Both the position numbers and the translations under genes were made by a program. A DNA stretch of 64,000 bases, from positions 45,011,563-45,075,562 of the forward strand of contig NC_080837.1 of NCBI RefSeq assembly GCF_030435755.1, written 5' to 3'. The notes below the pieces were generated by a model. That model saw only the letters and a list, made by a program, of their open reading frames with translations. It did no database searches and had not been told where the DNA came from. Source of the DNA: Ochotona princeps. Lineage: Eukaryota. Below are positions 50,844-63,209 of this stretch, one piece after another (the stretch's first letter is position 1; the number at the start of each line of letters is the position of its first letter).

Positions 50844-53800
50844 ACTCTGCCTTTGCAAGCCTCTCCCACTCTGAGAGTATTAGATACCAGTACCTTGTGC
50901 TTTTGAAATGTTCATTCCTTTATTTTAAATAGAGATCTTCCGTTCACTGACTCGCTCCCCAGATAATCACAACAAGCAGGTACAGGCCAAGCCAGGGCGA
51001 CGAACCAGTAATTACAAGTGATTGCTGCCTCCCAGGCACATCAGCAGGAAGCTGGACCAGAGGCAGAGCAGCTGGGACTCCAGCTGGCACCCTGAAAAGG
51101 GATGCCAGTGTCAGGCGTTGGCTTGACCTGCTGTCCCACAATGCCTGCCCTACCGGGAAGCTTTTGTGCATATCTAGTCCTCACATTCTGCCTTGCCTTT
51201 AAAAGGATCCAGCATCATAATCAGACAAATGTAAGGGTAGTCAGATAGTTTAATGATCGGTATATACACTTTACATCAAGGTTAAGATCAAGGTAGAAGA
51301 TAATAAAATTTACTCTTTTTGGTTGCCTCTTACATTTTTCCAAGTTCATTCTATAAAGCCGTTTCTGGTAAGACGTTAGCTTCCATCTTTCATTTGAAGA
51401 ATCTTCTACCTTCACATTGTAAACAAACATATGTCTTAAAACTGCTCTGAAATATGTGTAAGCCCCTATAGAAAACTGAAGAAACATTAACATTTAAACA
51501 TGAATAACTTCAGAGTATGTTTCAGCAACCCCCAGAACCACCCACAACTCTTTTGTAGTACCAGAAAGTGTTCTCTGTAACATGTATCCCCATGGCTTGC
51601 AATTTTTAAAAAAATCATTATTACATCTCTTAATCTAGAATCGCTACTTAAGTGTAATTGTTTGACTCCGCAAAAATCAGAAGGCACTAACGGACAGCCA
51701 ACCCATCCCATGGTGCCCCGAGTGAAGACAAGCCAGCACTGCTGTGTGATGGACCAAAATCCCACTGCCCAAGGCTTCTAGCAGCGAGAGGAACGGCCAT
51801 CAGAGCTGTCCCCAATCCTACTAAGAAACACATACACACAAAAATACCAAAGAACAAAAGCAGTAGGATGAACTGACCCAGCTAAACAAATGACAAATAA
51901 AATAGTACCCAAACCAAGATAATGACATAAAGATACACACGATAGCCCTGCTACCATAACTCGATACCTAAATTAGATTCAGGGATGCCAGAGATTAAAG
52001 TAACGAGGGGTAGGTCAACTGGGAAAGACACCAGCTATAAATTATAAATGCCAGAATTATAAATGCCAGAAACTGCCAGGTAGTACAAAGTCTAAAGTAA
52101 ATACAATCAGATAAAACACCTAATTATGTATTCAGCATCTGCCATGTGTATTACAACATGCTAAGCCCCATTTATCAGATTTAATCATAAAGTAACTAAA
52201 CTTTGAGTACCGTTGCCATCATCTTCTAAATAGGTATAGAACTGATTAAGCAGTACGTAGGTTAGACCCAGTTGAGATCTTGTCTAGAATATCTTTTACT
52301 ACCATTACCTCAACATCTTCAAAAGGCTTCTCAGTCCCAGCAGAAGCTTACCATGAAACAAAGTGCACTCATCATTGATCGTAAATCCAAGCTTTGCAGG
52401 AGGGAAGAGGTCCAGATTGGTAAGGCAAGACTCATAGGTGATTCTGGTCTCTTGAAATTTCACTTCTACAAAAGATAACCAAAAGCTTTTTAAAAAGCAT
52501 TTCAAGTGCTGACATTACTTTGCATTATTTGCTTTACTTGTATTTTTTACTCTCCCATCTATCCACTTCATTCCCTGCTGAAAATGCAGGCACAGGCAAT
52601 GAGTACAAGGCTGTCCAAGTTGTGTCAAATGGTTTCTAAAAACAGCACATAAAGGAGCAAAATCAGAAAATACAGTTTGCAGCTGGTGGTGTGGTGCTGT
52701 GGCATGGTGACACCTGTGTCAAGGATGGCATCCTGTGACACCAGCACACCATGTATGGTTGCCAGTTCATGTCCTGGCTGCTCCACTTGTGATCCAAGTC
52801 CCTGCTAGCATGCCTAGGGAAGCAGCGGAGGATGGTCCAGATACTTGAACTCCTACAGACCTGGAAAAAGCTCCTGGCTTTTGCAGCCATTTAGGTCTTG
52901 AACCAGCTCCCTCTCCCCTGCTCTCTGTTTCTCTCCTGTTAAATCAGCCTTTCAAATAAATAATAAAATTTTAAGCAAAAATGTTAACAAAAATATAAGC
53001 AAATTCTAAAAATTACCACTATCATTTGATTATGCATGTGTGTTTCTCAAGCAAACATAAGCATATAAAAAGTTTTCCAGGGAGGCAGGAAATAATGTCA
53101 CAGGCACAGCTGGTTAAGCTACCACTTGGGAATGCCAGCATTCCATTATCAAATTTTAAGTTCAAGTCCCTGGCTACTCTGCTTCCAATTCACCTCCCAG
53201 CTAACACTCCTGGGAAAGCATCAGAGGCTGGCCCAAGTACTTAGGTACCCACACACCCACTCTGGAGATCTGCAAACAGCTCCAGAATCCTGGTTTCCTG
53301 GTTCAGCTTGTCCTACACACTAAATCCTTATGGACATTTGAGGAGTGAACGAGCAGCTGCAAGATCTGTCTTCTCCCTCTGTCACTCTTTCAAACATGTA
53401 AATGCATCTTCCTCCATCCGCTGGTTCACTTCCCAAGCAGTTGCAACAGCCGGAGCCGAACTGAATTGACGCCAGGAGCCAGGAGCTTCTTCCAGGTCTC
53501 CCACAGCTTTGGGCCGTCCTCAACTGCTTTCCCAGGCCACAAGCAGGGAGCTGGATGGGAAGCAGAACAGCCAGACACGAACCGGCATACATATGAAATT
53601 CCATCACATGCAAGGTGAGGATTTAGCCACTAGGCCATCGCACTGGGCTCACAAACAAAATCTTTTTAAGTTAATGTATCATGAATATTATTCATTTACT
53701 GTTGCATTATAACATTCTATAACTGTTTTAACCATTTCTGCAATTCTAATCACACACACACACACAGACACACACAAATGTAGTGATTAGTTTAAAATAG

Positions 53801-54000
53801 CCTCACTGGTTGCGTAGATGTGAATAGATTGGTTGGCTGTACTTTTCCTATAGTTCTTGAATTTTTAGATGGAGAATTCTTCACTCTCATTCTATCTCAA
53901 AGAGACGAAATGTCATCTCAAAGAGATGAAGCACAACAAAATGTTGGCATCTAAAATTTAAGACTCCCAGGAAGAACTCCAAGTGTTTGCCCCTGCCTTT

Positions 54001-54077
54001 AGTCTGCTCAGAGCATGTGTTTAATCAGGGTCATCAGCTGAAACACGGACTGAACATGCATCTCATCATGGCAAACT
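54001..54077 (-). ncRNA. SNORD126: Box C/D snoRNA, SNORD126-like, intronic to the CCNB1IP1 host transcript
   Basis: Minus strand reads AGTTTGCCATGATGAGATGCATGTTCAGTCCGTGTTTCAGCTGATGACCCTGATTAAACACATGCTCTGAGCAGACT. It has a C box ATGATGA 4 nt from the 5' end, a D box CTGA 7 nt from the 3' end, internal C'/D' (TGATGA / CTGA) and a 7-bp terminal stem AGTTTGC/GCAGACT. Closely resembles human SNORD126 as I recall it; that gene sits in a CCNB1IP1 intron. Confidence 0.75.
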
Positions 54078-56944
54078 GCATGACTGGTGAAGGGCAAACC
54101 ACCGATGCCTCCCATCCCCCTTAGCTCTGACCTTTTCAACTAGCAACGTTCAGCCACTTAAATCTTGCAAGGTGAAAATGAAGATTTTGTTACACTTACC
54201 TCTGGTTTCAGATAAATCCAGCTGCTATCTAGGAATCAAAGTGAAGTGTAGGATCAATGAACCACCTAGTTAACATCTCTGGGGAGTAAATACACAATGG
54301 TTAGGATGATGACAACTCAGCAGGCATGCTCAAATTAAGTCACAAGAAACAAGGAACTACCGATTCTCTACCCAAATCCTCATGCAGTAATAATTTTTTT
54401 TTTTAATCTGGAGAATAAAATCACTAAACTATCACGGTCAACTTTGTATAAACCTAAGATCTGGATCCAAAAAAAAAAAAAAAAAAAAAAGCACACTAAA
54501 TCCAATCACCTTCTAAAGGGCTTTAAAAGTTTAAACGCTTACAAAAAATCCAAAAATCCCCATGATTCAGACAAATGAAAAGGCAATATAAAATAATTAT
54601 GTTTTTACAAAGTGTATTTCCAGTTCATCTCAGTCAATGCCAGTTGTATTTAATCTATAATCTTGGCAATTTTCCATTTTTCTAGTGACAATAAATTGGA
54701 AAAAAAAACTGCCCTTGACGCGAGGAAATTGTAAGCTTCATTTGGAACCCAAACCCACCACAAGATGGCAGTGTAGGAGCCTTTAATTTCCTCTTACCCG
54801 CTTGCATAGAATCTGAACTCTTAGATGAAACACATGAAGTATGCAGTCACCACTACAGGCAAGCTTCATTTCCTATTCTTTCTCTAGGTATCATCTATAA
54901 TTTATTACATAATGATCATAAACTTAAGCTAAAAATATTACTATTATGCACCTTTTCATACAGCAGTGTGGAGATAAAAAAAAAATCTCTAATTCCAGAC
55001 ATCAGAAAGACTCCTGTACACAAAGTGGTACTGTAGTGATAATAAGCAAACAAGTAGCAGAGATCAAGATTAAGGGAAAGATGATCACTGACCAAGACTT
55101 CATGAGAAAAACAAGTGAGTCTTAAGTGTGCCTTAAAGTCACATGCCCAGTAAGTCAGACTAGTAGGGCTGGTTGATAGAAAAACTATGGAATAATGAAA
55201 CTGAATTGTCACATACACACTGCTATAACAGGGACCACGTCAAAATTCACCCCTGATGTCCTCATGCAAGGGGCAAAGAAAGCAAAACTGTACACATCAC
55301 TCCGACGTATTCAAGCACAGGTTCTTTGCAGCACTAGATCTTACGCCCATCAGCAACGCTACTGAACTGAGTAACAGCAGGCAAAGCTGAGATGTCTTAA
55401 GGACCTCAAATACAATCTAATTCTTGAACTCCTTCCTTGCCCGCAGTGGAATAACACTTCAACCTGAAAAATGTTTTCAGATCAGCGGCATGGAAGTTTA
55501 ACCCGGACATAACGTCTATCCCGTATGTCTATTACCATGGACAAGAAGCAAGACAGTGTCAGTAGCTTGTACAGTTTTGTCAATGTCTACCTCAAAACCC
55601 CTAGACTCAAGTACTTGTCACAGGAGAATGATTGTAACAGGATAACTACTTTTCTACCTATCTCACAGAACCTAGAATGCAAACACACAAAGCTGAGCAC
55701 AGAAATTCTGATGGTAAATACATGAGGCCGCTCAACGTGTGATGCTGCTGGCAGGATTCCAGTCATACTTCTGCTGGCATCACCCTCACACTGCAGTCAT
55801 TTCATACCAAGTATTTTGTAAATTCTCCGCTCATTTTGCTCACTGTAGGCCCTAGGAACTGCAAAGCACTGAAGTCCACAGCTGAAAGCTACGCTGTACG
55901 TGAAGGGAGAGGTAATTCCGGCAGGAATAGACAAACTACAAATTTTTTTAAAGAAATGTTTTACTTATTTTTTATAATTTTTATTTGTAAATTTTTATAA
56001 ATGTATTAATTTTTAAAATAAATTTTATTTATTTTTATTGGAAAGTCAGATATACAGAGAGGGAAGATCTTCCATCTGCTGATTCACTCCCCAAATGGCC
56101 ACAACGGCCAAGGCTGAGCTGATCCGAACCGATCTGAAGCCAGGAGCCAGGAGCCTCTACCAGGTCTCCCACAGCTCTGGGTTAGTCCTCAGGGCAGCCA
56201 GGAAACAAATCAGGGCCCATATGGGATCCCAGCACGCACAAGGCAAGAACTTTAGCCACTAGGCTCCTGTGCCAGGCCCATAATCTACAAATTTTTATAC
56301 TAAGTCAGATGCTTTCACCTTAAGACTGATGATCAGCCCATTTTACCTACTTCCATCCCAATCTATTCTGTGCCTAGCAATATGGGAAATAACAACTCCA
56401 AAAAAAAAAAAAAAACCCTCAAATCTTTTTAAACAGAAAAGGCACACAGGAGTAATGCAAAGATCCTAAGATCCTATCTTGGTCAAAATTCACATACCTG
56501 TCTTGTGGTCCATTTCCCACTAGCCCTTCCTCTTGACAACATCTGCATCCAAGCCCAAGTGATGCAGCGAGTCTGGGGATGCTCTGAAGGCTTTCACGGG
56601 GTAACATCTGGGCAGGTGCGTAAGGTGCTGACAACCTCCACTTTCCTCCTCAGTCAATTTCATCTTGAACCTGAAACAAAAGGAAAATAATACAGAACCT
56701 TGCATAAAAAAATTCTAACATGATCATGTGGCATAGTTTTCCTCTAGATGCTGGGGTCCGTGTAGTGGATGTGGGGGTCACGAAGGTGTGAAGAGTATTG
56801 TTCCATTGCAGGCAGGGCCACAAGGAATTTCCCACTGCATGGCAGGGCCCAGCGGATGTCTCTACAGGCACCTGAATGCAGCTCCACCTTCCTTTGCATG
56901 GACAACGGACCACCCTGCGGAAGAATTCTGTAATCCATTCAGGC

Positions 56945-56973
<29 letters not shown>
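56945..56973. repeat. Poly-T homopolymer (T29)
   Basis: Read directly from the sequence. Confidence 0.95.
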
Positions 56974-56977
<4 letters not shown>

Positions 56978-57850
56978 CTGGAGTTGGGTTTTTACTATCA
57001 ATATGAGCTTGGAGGTTAATGTCAATAACAACAGCTTGCCAAAAGACCTTTTACTATTCTTGCTGTCTTGGCTGTCTGCATTGACCTTACTGCTAATGAA
57101 GGGATCTGTTTCGGGTTTCATTCTTTCCTTTATCTTTAGGTTCTTTGTGATACAAGATTGAGTTGTAGAATAAGAATTGTAGTAGGAACTTCTATTGGGT
57201 TTTTAGGTGAAACAAATGGCAGAATTATTCTTGGATACACCCACTTGACCACAGCGTCAAAAAGTCTGTCCCAGAGCTTCTGAGGGTTTCTGTATAAAGA
57301 GGACAGCTTTCTTGAATTGTCCATTATGACCATGAAATCGTAGGGGTCCACTTCTTTTCTACGCCTACTCCAGGCACCCTTCGAGTTTCGAATTTGGCTG
57401 GAGCTGGACTGCAGCATCCAGAATTAATTCTGCAGGATATTATTCTCAGAACAGAGTCCGACTTTCAATTCCCACCACTGACAGGTGTTTTAGCCAAGAC
57501 TGTCTTCACCTCTCAGGACAGGAAAAACCCAGTAAAAAAAAACATGCAAGAAGTAAATGCAGGAAGGTCAGAAACTTGGGCTATCCATGCAGCACAGCCT
57601 AACTCAGCCCATTCCTTCACCCAAGCCCACTTCAGCTGAGGAGCTGGCATGGTAGCATAAACTATTAAGCATATATTAAGCCTCTACCTGTGGTGCCAGC
57701 ATCCCATATTGGTGCTCCATGTCCAATTCACCATGCTAATGAAAAGAGGATGGCTCAAGTGCTTGGATCCCTGCACCCAAATGGGAGACCCAGAAGGTTC
57801 AGGCTCCTGGCTTCAGACCTGCCCCCCTCTTTGTTGGGCCATTTGGGGAA

Positions 57851-58480
57851 TAAACTGGCAGATGGGGCCCGATGTGATAGCATAATGGTTAAGGTCCTTG
57901 CCTTGAACGTGCCAGGATCCCATATGGGTGCCGGTTCTAATCCCGGTGGCTCCACTTCCCATCCAGCTTCCTGCTTGTGGCCTGGGAAAGCAGTTGCGGA
58001 CAGCCCAAAGCCTTGGGACCCTGCACCCAGATGGGAGACCAGGAAGAAGCTCCTGGCTTCGATTTGGCTCAGCGAACACCTGGGGAGTGAATCAACAGAC
58101 AGAAAGATTCTCCTCTGTGTCTCTCCTCCCCCTCCTTCATTTGCAATAAAAATCTATCTTAAAAAACATTCTTAAAAAAAATACATGCTTTGGGCTCGGC
58201 GGCATGGCCTAGCAGCTAAGGTCCTCGCCTTGAACGCCCCGGGATCCCATATGGGCGCCGGTTCTAATCCTGGCAGCTCCACTTCCCATCCAGCTCCCTG
58301 CTTGTGGCCTGAGAAAACAGTCGAGGACGGCCCAATGCTTTGGAGACCCAGAAGAGGTTCCTGGTTCCCGGCTTCGGATAGGCGCAGCACCGGCCATTGC
58401 GGCTCACTTGGGGACAGAAGATCTTCCTCTCTGTATATCTGACTTTGTAATAAAAGTAAATAAATCTTTAAAAAAAAAAT
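57851..58480 (+). mobile_element. Two adjacent + orientation CSINEs (57851-58170, 58194-58480)
   Basis: gggcccgatgtgatagcataatgg... and gggctcggcggcatggcctagcagctaaggtcctcgcc heads; typical core and tails. Confidence 0.75.
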
Positions 58481-60169
58481 ACATGCTTTAAAAAAAATAC
58501 ATGCTTTCCCTTCTTTCACTCACCCTAATGTACTCTAAATTTATGAGATATGTATTCTAATACATACTTGAAAGAATCACAGAAGAGATCTTCCATTCAC
58601 TTGTTCACTCTCCGTATTTAAGCTAAGACCTAATATTTATTTGTTAGGTTCTTGCCTGTTACCTAAGAAGCATTTTAAGCACAGGCACAGCTTAAGAAAG
58701 TGGTATGGTCTGTTACCTTCCGTCCTCGGAGTCCATGCCTTGGGAGCCAGGAGAGTCGGCAGGAGAGCCAGCAAGCACGTGGGAGCTCAGGGGAACAAGT
58801 CCCTCCTGGGTGGGGAGTTTTAAGGGGCTTGAAAGGGGAGTGGTTATGCAAAACTGCCCTCCCCCTCAGGCGGCAAGGATTGCGTAGGCTGGGGAAGTGC
58901 GGTTTGAGCCAGAACTGCCTGCCCAAGTCCTAAGGCAGAATCAGCCACAAACTATGAGCCAGGAGTGTCGTCCAAATCTCTCATGTGGGTGACAGGCGCC
59001 CTAATACTTGGGCCATTTCCCACTGCTTTTCCCAGGCCATTAGCATGCAGCTGGATTCGAAGTACAAAGAACCAGTGCCCATGTGGGGAGCCAGCATTGC
59101 TGGCAGCTTTACCCACTACAACACCAGCGCCCCAACTTTACTTCTAAAAAGCAAAAGCATGCTTCTGTAGAGCCTGTTTGAATGCTGAGCCATGTGAATG
59201 CTGTTATCAAAAAAAAAAACATAACGCTTAGGAATTGCAATTACGGGAGGCCTACTAATATACTCAATTAACTGAAATTTTTCTACACTTTCTGTCTGTA
59301 AGGATGACCATCAAATCAATAAAAGAGAAAGACAGATATTCACTGAGATTATACTTGAGGCCACTAGGCAAAACTTAAAAAAAAAAAACAGACATCCAAA
59401 ATATTTATTGCAAATAAATACAGCCCACTTCTAGAAGGTACGGAACATTCATCATGTGTTGATCAGTGCAGTTTTTTAGCAGCTGAACACTGGAAAGCTT
59501 GCTGCCTTTCCCAAGGCCATGAAGTGTGGCGCTGGAATTTGAGACAAGGCTTGAGCAAAGCAGCGATTCCCTGTTCTTTTTCAGTACATCTTCAGCTTTT
59601 TAAAGGCGCAATCACCACAGTTACAGCATTAAAATTAGAAATCCCTTTTAAGGCTCACTAAAATCTCCAGTCTTTCCTGCACAGAATGGTTTGTGCAAAA
59701 CTAGGGGAAACGCAACATCCAATGCAGTTCCCACGAACCCTCTAAGAACCTGGGTCCCTGAGGATACTCCACAGTGAAATTAAAACGCACTGGCCTGGAT
59801 TCAGTCTCCCAAGGTCAGCCTCACTCGGAGACAGAAACCAAAACAACACTGAGATGGTCACAACTGCCTTTCCCTCCAAGCAAACTGACGCCGGGTTTTT
59901 CCAGGAACACACGCTCTGCACAGAACGGGCCATCCATTGTTCTCGGGTCACCAGGTCTCCGGAAGGGCAGGCCAAGTCAGTCCTGCAGGGGCCCACGTGG
60001 ACACCAGCCAGGCTCAGCAGGTCTTGCTTCCCCACAGCCTCCACGGCACCGAGCGGAGACTGCCTGGTACTCACACACATTGCAGTGCTGGCTGGAAAAG
60101 CAAGGCCTGCAGCCTGGGCCCCCGGGTTCACAGGGAAGACAGGTCAGGGTGAAGTGAGAAAGCCAAGTG

Positions 60170-60330
60170 CGTACTCACCAGCCCACCACACCGGAGGAAA
60201 GAAAGTAGCGCGGCAGGAAGGGGCCTTCAGGAAGGGGCCTCGGAAGCCGATTGGCTAACGAGTCCAAGGACGCTGCCTTCCCGCTCTACCTTAAACCGCG
60301 CTGAAATGACGCAATGGCCTCCTTTACCCA
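60170..60330 (-). promoter_or_regulatory. CCNB1IP1: Candidate distal promoter and first non-coding exon of the CCNB1IP1/SNORD126 host transcript
   Basis: GC-rich, TATA-less block. On the minus strand it carries a CCAAT box (ccaatcggcttcc), a CRE-like tgacgca and ETS-like cttccg motifs, followed by a strong donor ggctg|gtgagtacg at ~60179. The SNORD126-like snoRNA lies about 6 kb downstream in the same orientation. Confidence 0.4.
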
Positions 60331-61165
60331 CTGCTCCAAGGACCATTGATGCTTTCCATTCTGTTTTTACATTGACCTTCAAAAACCAAATTATTTTCTG
60401 GGTTAATGTACTAGCACGAGCAAACAGAGGCTAATTTAAACAATTTGTACAAACTCTTGGGCCTATTACATTCCATTCCAAAGAATTTTAACCCCTTTAT
60501 AACTCCCCAACCTTTCTGATCTCCTAGTGGTTAATTTACACAAGATAATAGCTTCCCTGATAAAGATTCCAGATCCATTCAAGTTTAAAGTGCCTTCCGG
60601 GTCATCTTCAGGCGAACAGGCTCCGTGGATAAAATCGGCATGATTAACCGCTCAGCCTTTAACATAAAATGCAGTTGATTTCACTTCATCTTAGCGAAAA
60701 GGCCGAGAAGCCAACGCGAAATTCAGCTGACTTCGAATGTGAGCCCTCTGATTATGGACAATTAAGTCCCAGTTTCCTCAAGTATAAAAAAAGTTAGGAT
60801 AGCATTTTAAGCCATAAGTAGAGAATGCCCAGGCACAATATTCATTATGATTCTTAAAAATACAATCAAGATATAAAACACAGAATCCGTATAAAAATAT
60901 GTACACATACATATACATCTTGAACATGTATGCAAATATAAGTATTCAAAGTATTATACGAAAAAGACTGAAAATTTACACATCCCACTTTACAAGTTCA
61001 TCCACTGTACCCAGTTTCTGCCTTATGAAAGTTGCTGCCCATTCCACTCCACTTTAGTTTGTAGTTTCACTGCAATTCTAGAGTTGAAACTATTTATTTG
61101 TCTTTTTTAAAAGAATGTTTAAAGAAAGGAAAAGTTGAGAAGTTCATCTCACTTTTTTTTTCCCC

Positions 61166-61169
61166 AAAA
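61166..61169 (-). terminator. RPPH1: Pol III terminator (TTTT) directly after the RPPH1 3' end
   Basis: Minus-strand T4 run immediately following ...CCGCCCAAG. Confidence 0.7.
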
Positions 61170-61500
61170 CTTGGGCGGGGGAGAGTAGTCTGAATTGGGT
61201 TATGAGGCCCTCAGGCAGGTGCCTCACCTCAGCCATTGAACTCACTTCGCTGGCCGTGAGTCTGTTCCAAGCTCCGGCTAAGGAGGCATCCGCCGGGTCC
61301 CTCCGGGAGAGGGGCCGCGGCATCTCCTGCCCAGTCTGCCCTCGCACGGAGCCCCGTTCTCTGGGAACTCACCTCCCCGAGACTCAGGGAGAGCCCTGTT
61401 AGGGCCGCTGCTGGCCCTAGTCTCAGACCTTCCCAAGGGACAAGGGAGTGACGTGATGCACTCAGCTCGTAGCCCCACTGATGAGCTTCCTCCGCCCTAT
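61170..61500 (-). ncRNA. RPPH1: RNase P RNA component H1 (RPPH1), Pol III transcript, ~331 nt
   Basis: Minus strand reads ATAGGGCGGAGGAAGCTCATCAGTGGGGCTACGAGCTGAGTGC...GGCTGAGGTGAGGCACCTGCCTGAGGGCCTCATAACCCAATTCAGACTACTCTCCCCCGCCCAAG. Matches human RPPH1 over its full length with only scattered substitutions, judged by eye. Confidence 0.9.
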
Positions 61501-61600
61501 GGGGGAAGCTGGGCTCGATCAGCCTTTATAAAGCTCCAAAAACTCAAGACATTTTTCCGTTACGGTGACTTCCCACAGTACACAGCGACATGCAAATAGC
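61501..61600 (-). promoter_or_regulatory. RPPH1: RPPH1 type-3 Pol III promoter: TATA box (~-25), PSE (~-55 to -70), octamer ATGCAAAT (~-90)
   Basis: Minus strand shows TTTATAA at 61522-61528 and the PSE-like TCACCGTAACGGAAAAAT at ~61551-61568. The plus strand shows atgcaaat at 61588-61595. Confidence 0.75.
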
Positions 61601-61711
61601 TTACCAATGAATTCGCGGACCGCTTCCCGCCCCGGCGCAGGCGCGCGGACGCTGTCTCCCCTGGACGCGCGCTCGCGGTTCCCGGGAGCTGGCTGATGAC
61701 GTTCGGTCTCC

Positions 61712-61757
61712 ATGGCGGCGCGGCGGCGCAAGGCGGCTCCCGGCCGGGGCGCGCGAG
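61712..61757 (+). CDS. PARP2: PARP2 coding exon 1 (MAARRRKAAPGRGAR + first base of next codon)
   Basis: ATG at 61712, then GCGGCGCGGCGGCGCAAGGCGGCTCCCGGCCGGGGCGCGCGAG|gtgcgg; matches human MAARRRRSTGGGRAR. Confidence 0.75.
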
Positions 61758-62282
61758 GTGCGGAGTCCGGGGTCGGCGGGCGGGAAGTCCTTAGGAAGGG
61801 AACGGGGCTCGCTGCTTGGACCCCTGTCCCCCTGGATCTGCACGTGGCAGCCAAACGTGCTTAGTTCCTAAACTTCTTAGGTTTGATTTTTAGAGGAAAG
61901 GCCTATGGACCCGTGACAGCTAATATAGTGACCACACTGGCGAGTCACGAATGCCTCATTCAGTTCAATTTTAAAAAGTCAACTGGAAGGCGCGTCCTTT
62001 CGTGCCCACGGACGAGCGTTGGAGCTGTTGCAGTATTCTGTGTAATGGGGTTTTGAGGGGCAGTGACGAGGGGCAGACCGGAGGGTCTTCCTCTGCAGGC
62101 CCGGGAGGGACTCCAGGGCGCCCTGGGCTTGCCCCAGACATGTTGGCAGAAAGCGGAACTCCAGCCTGACCCATCCCTGTGGTGTCCTTCTGTGCTGCAG
62201 GTCGCACTGTTGTCATCTTCTGGGTGTCACAGTTGGTTAGAAGCAGATCACACATTGTCCATGCCCGCAATGATGGACATAT

Positions 62283-62880
62283 GACTGTGAAAAACTAAAG
62301 TATGATAATATTATAGGGAACTCAGTGGGGGGGACTGAGAAGGGGGTGTGGGAAATCCCAGAGCCTATGGAACTGTATCATAAAATGATAATAATGAAGG
62401 CTATGAAATAAAATAAGCAGATGACATATTTGGTTTTCTGCCTTTGCCTATGCCTCCAGTGCCACAAATGTTAAACTAATAACTGTTACTTAAGAACTAT
62501 CCTCTTGCACAAATTATTGGTGAAACAAATTGTACAAAAAGTAGCTTCTGGAAATTTTATAGGACATCATATAAATGCATATAAAATACAGAAACAAAAG
62601 TGTCATGTATAGAATTATAGATCATTTTACTTTGCATGTGTCTTTCCTATACTAAGTATTCAATGGTGAACATGTGCTGCTCTTGTAAAACTTGAAAAAT
62701 CAGTTATTTTCCAAATTAAAGATAATTTTAAAAATGGAAAAAAAAAAAAGAACTATCCTCTTGCGGTAATATTGGAGTAAATGGGGAGGAAGCGAGGGGG
62801 AAATCCCTACAGAACTGTATCATGGAAAATAAAAATACAAGTAAAATTTAAACAAAATAGTAAGCAGATTACATAAGCTC
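62283..62880 (+). mobile_element. L1 3'-terminal fragments (62283-62440 and 62741-62880) with an A-tailed ~228-bp insertion (62513-62740) flanked by 17-bp direct repeats aagaactatcctcttgc
   Basis: Both fragments contain ggg..gggaaatcccagagcctatggaactgtatca.aaatg; the direct repeats at 62496-62512 and 62741-62757 bracket a segment ending in (A)13. Confidence 0.45.
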
Positions 62881-63209
62881 CCCAGGGTTCTTCAGCTGGA
62901 AGCAGGGCTGGGCCCTAAGCTAGGTGTGGTTCCTACAGCAGTCTGCCAGCCTTGACTCATTGAGAGTGTGTATTTGTAGGTACTGCAGTGAGTAAGCTGT
63001 AAGTCTTGGGCTGAGCAATAAACTGAAAGGTGCCTTGGGGCATCCTTTTATTTAACTAAAATAGCAGTTATGGGACACTGCTCGGATTGTCATCTAGAAC
63101 CCTGCGGTGACAATGGTTTCTGTTGCTTACAAAGCCATCTTTACATGATTCCTTTAAAGGTTTGTTTTTTCTTTCTTAATTCTCATAGGTTTTTTGTTCT
63201 TGTTCTTAG

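Larger units (their letters stand above)
61230..61870. promoter_or_regulatory. Bidirectional RPPH1/PARP2 CpG-island promoter region
   Basis: CpG-dense sequence spanning the RPPH1 gene body and promoter and PARP2 exon 1. The PARP2 ATG is 212 bp from the RPPH1 5' end on the opposite strand, the arrangement seen in human. Confidence 0.7.

Noticed and set aside
9438-58519. Dozens of 60-160 aa ORFs with recurring peptides (…PGSHMGAGSNPGSSTSHPAPCLWPGKAVEDGPKPWDPAP…, …RSQEPGTSSRSPTWVQGPKALGHP…)
   Set aside because: They are translations of CSINE repeats in various frames and strands. The same peptide recurs wherever a SINE occurs. They carry no splice or promoter context.
59742-60258. 127-134 aa ORFs in a GC-rich block
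   Set aside because: No homology, and GC-driven stop-codon depletion explains them. Interpreted instead as a candidate promoter / non-coding first exon.
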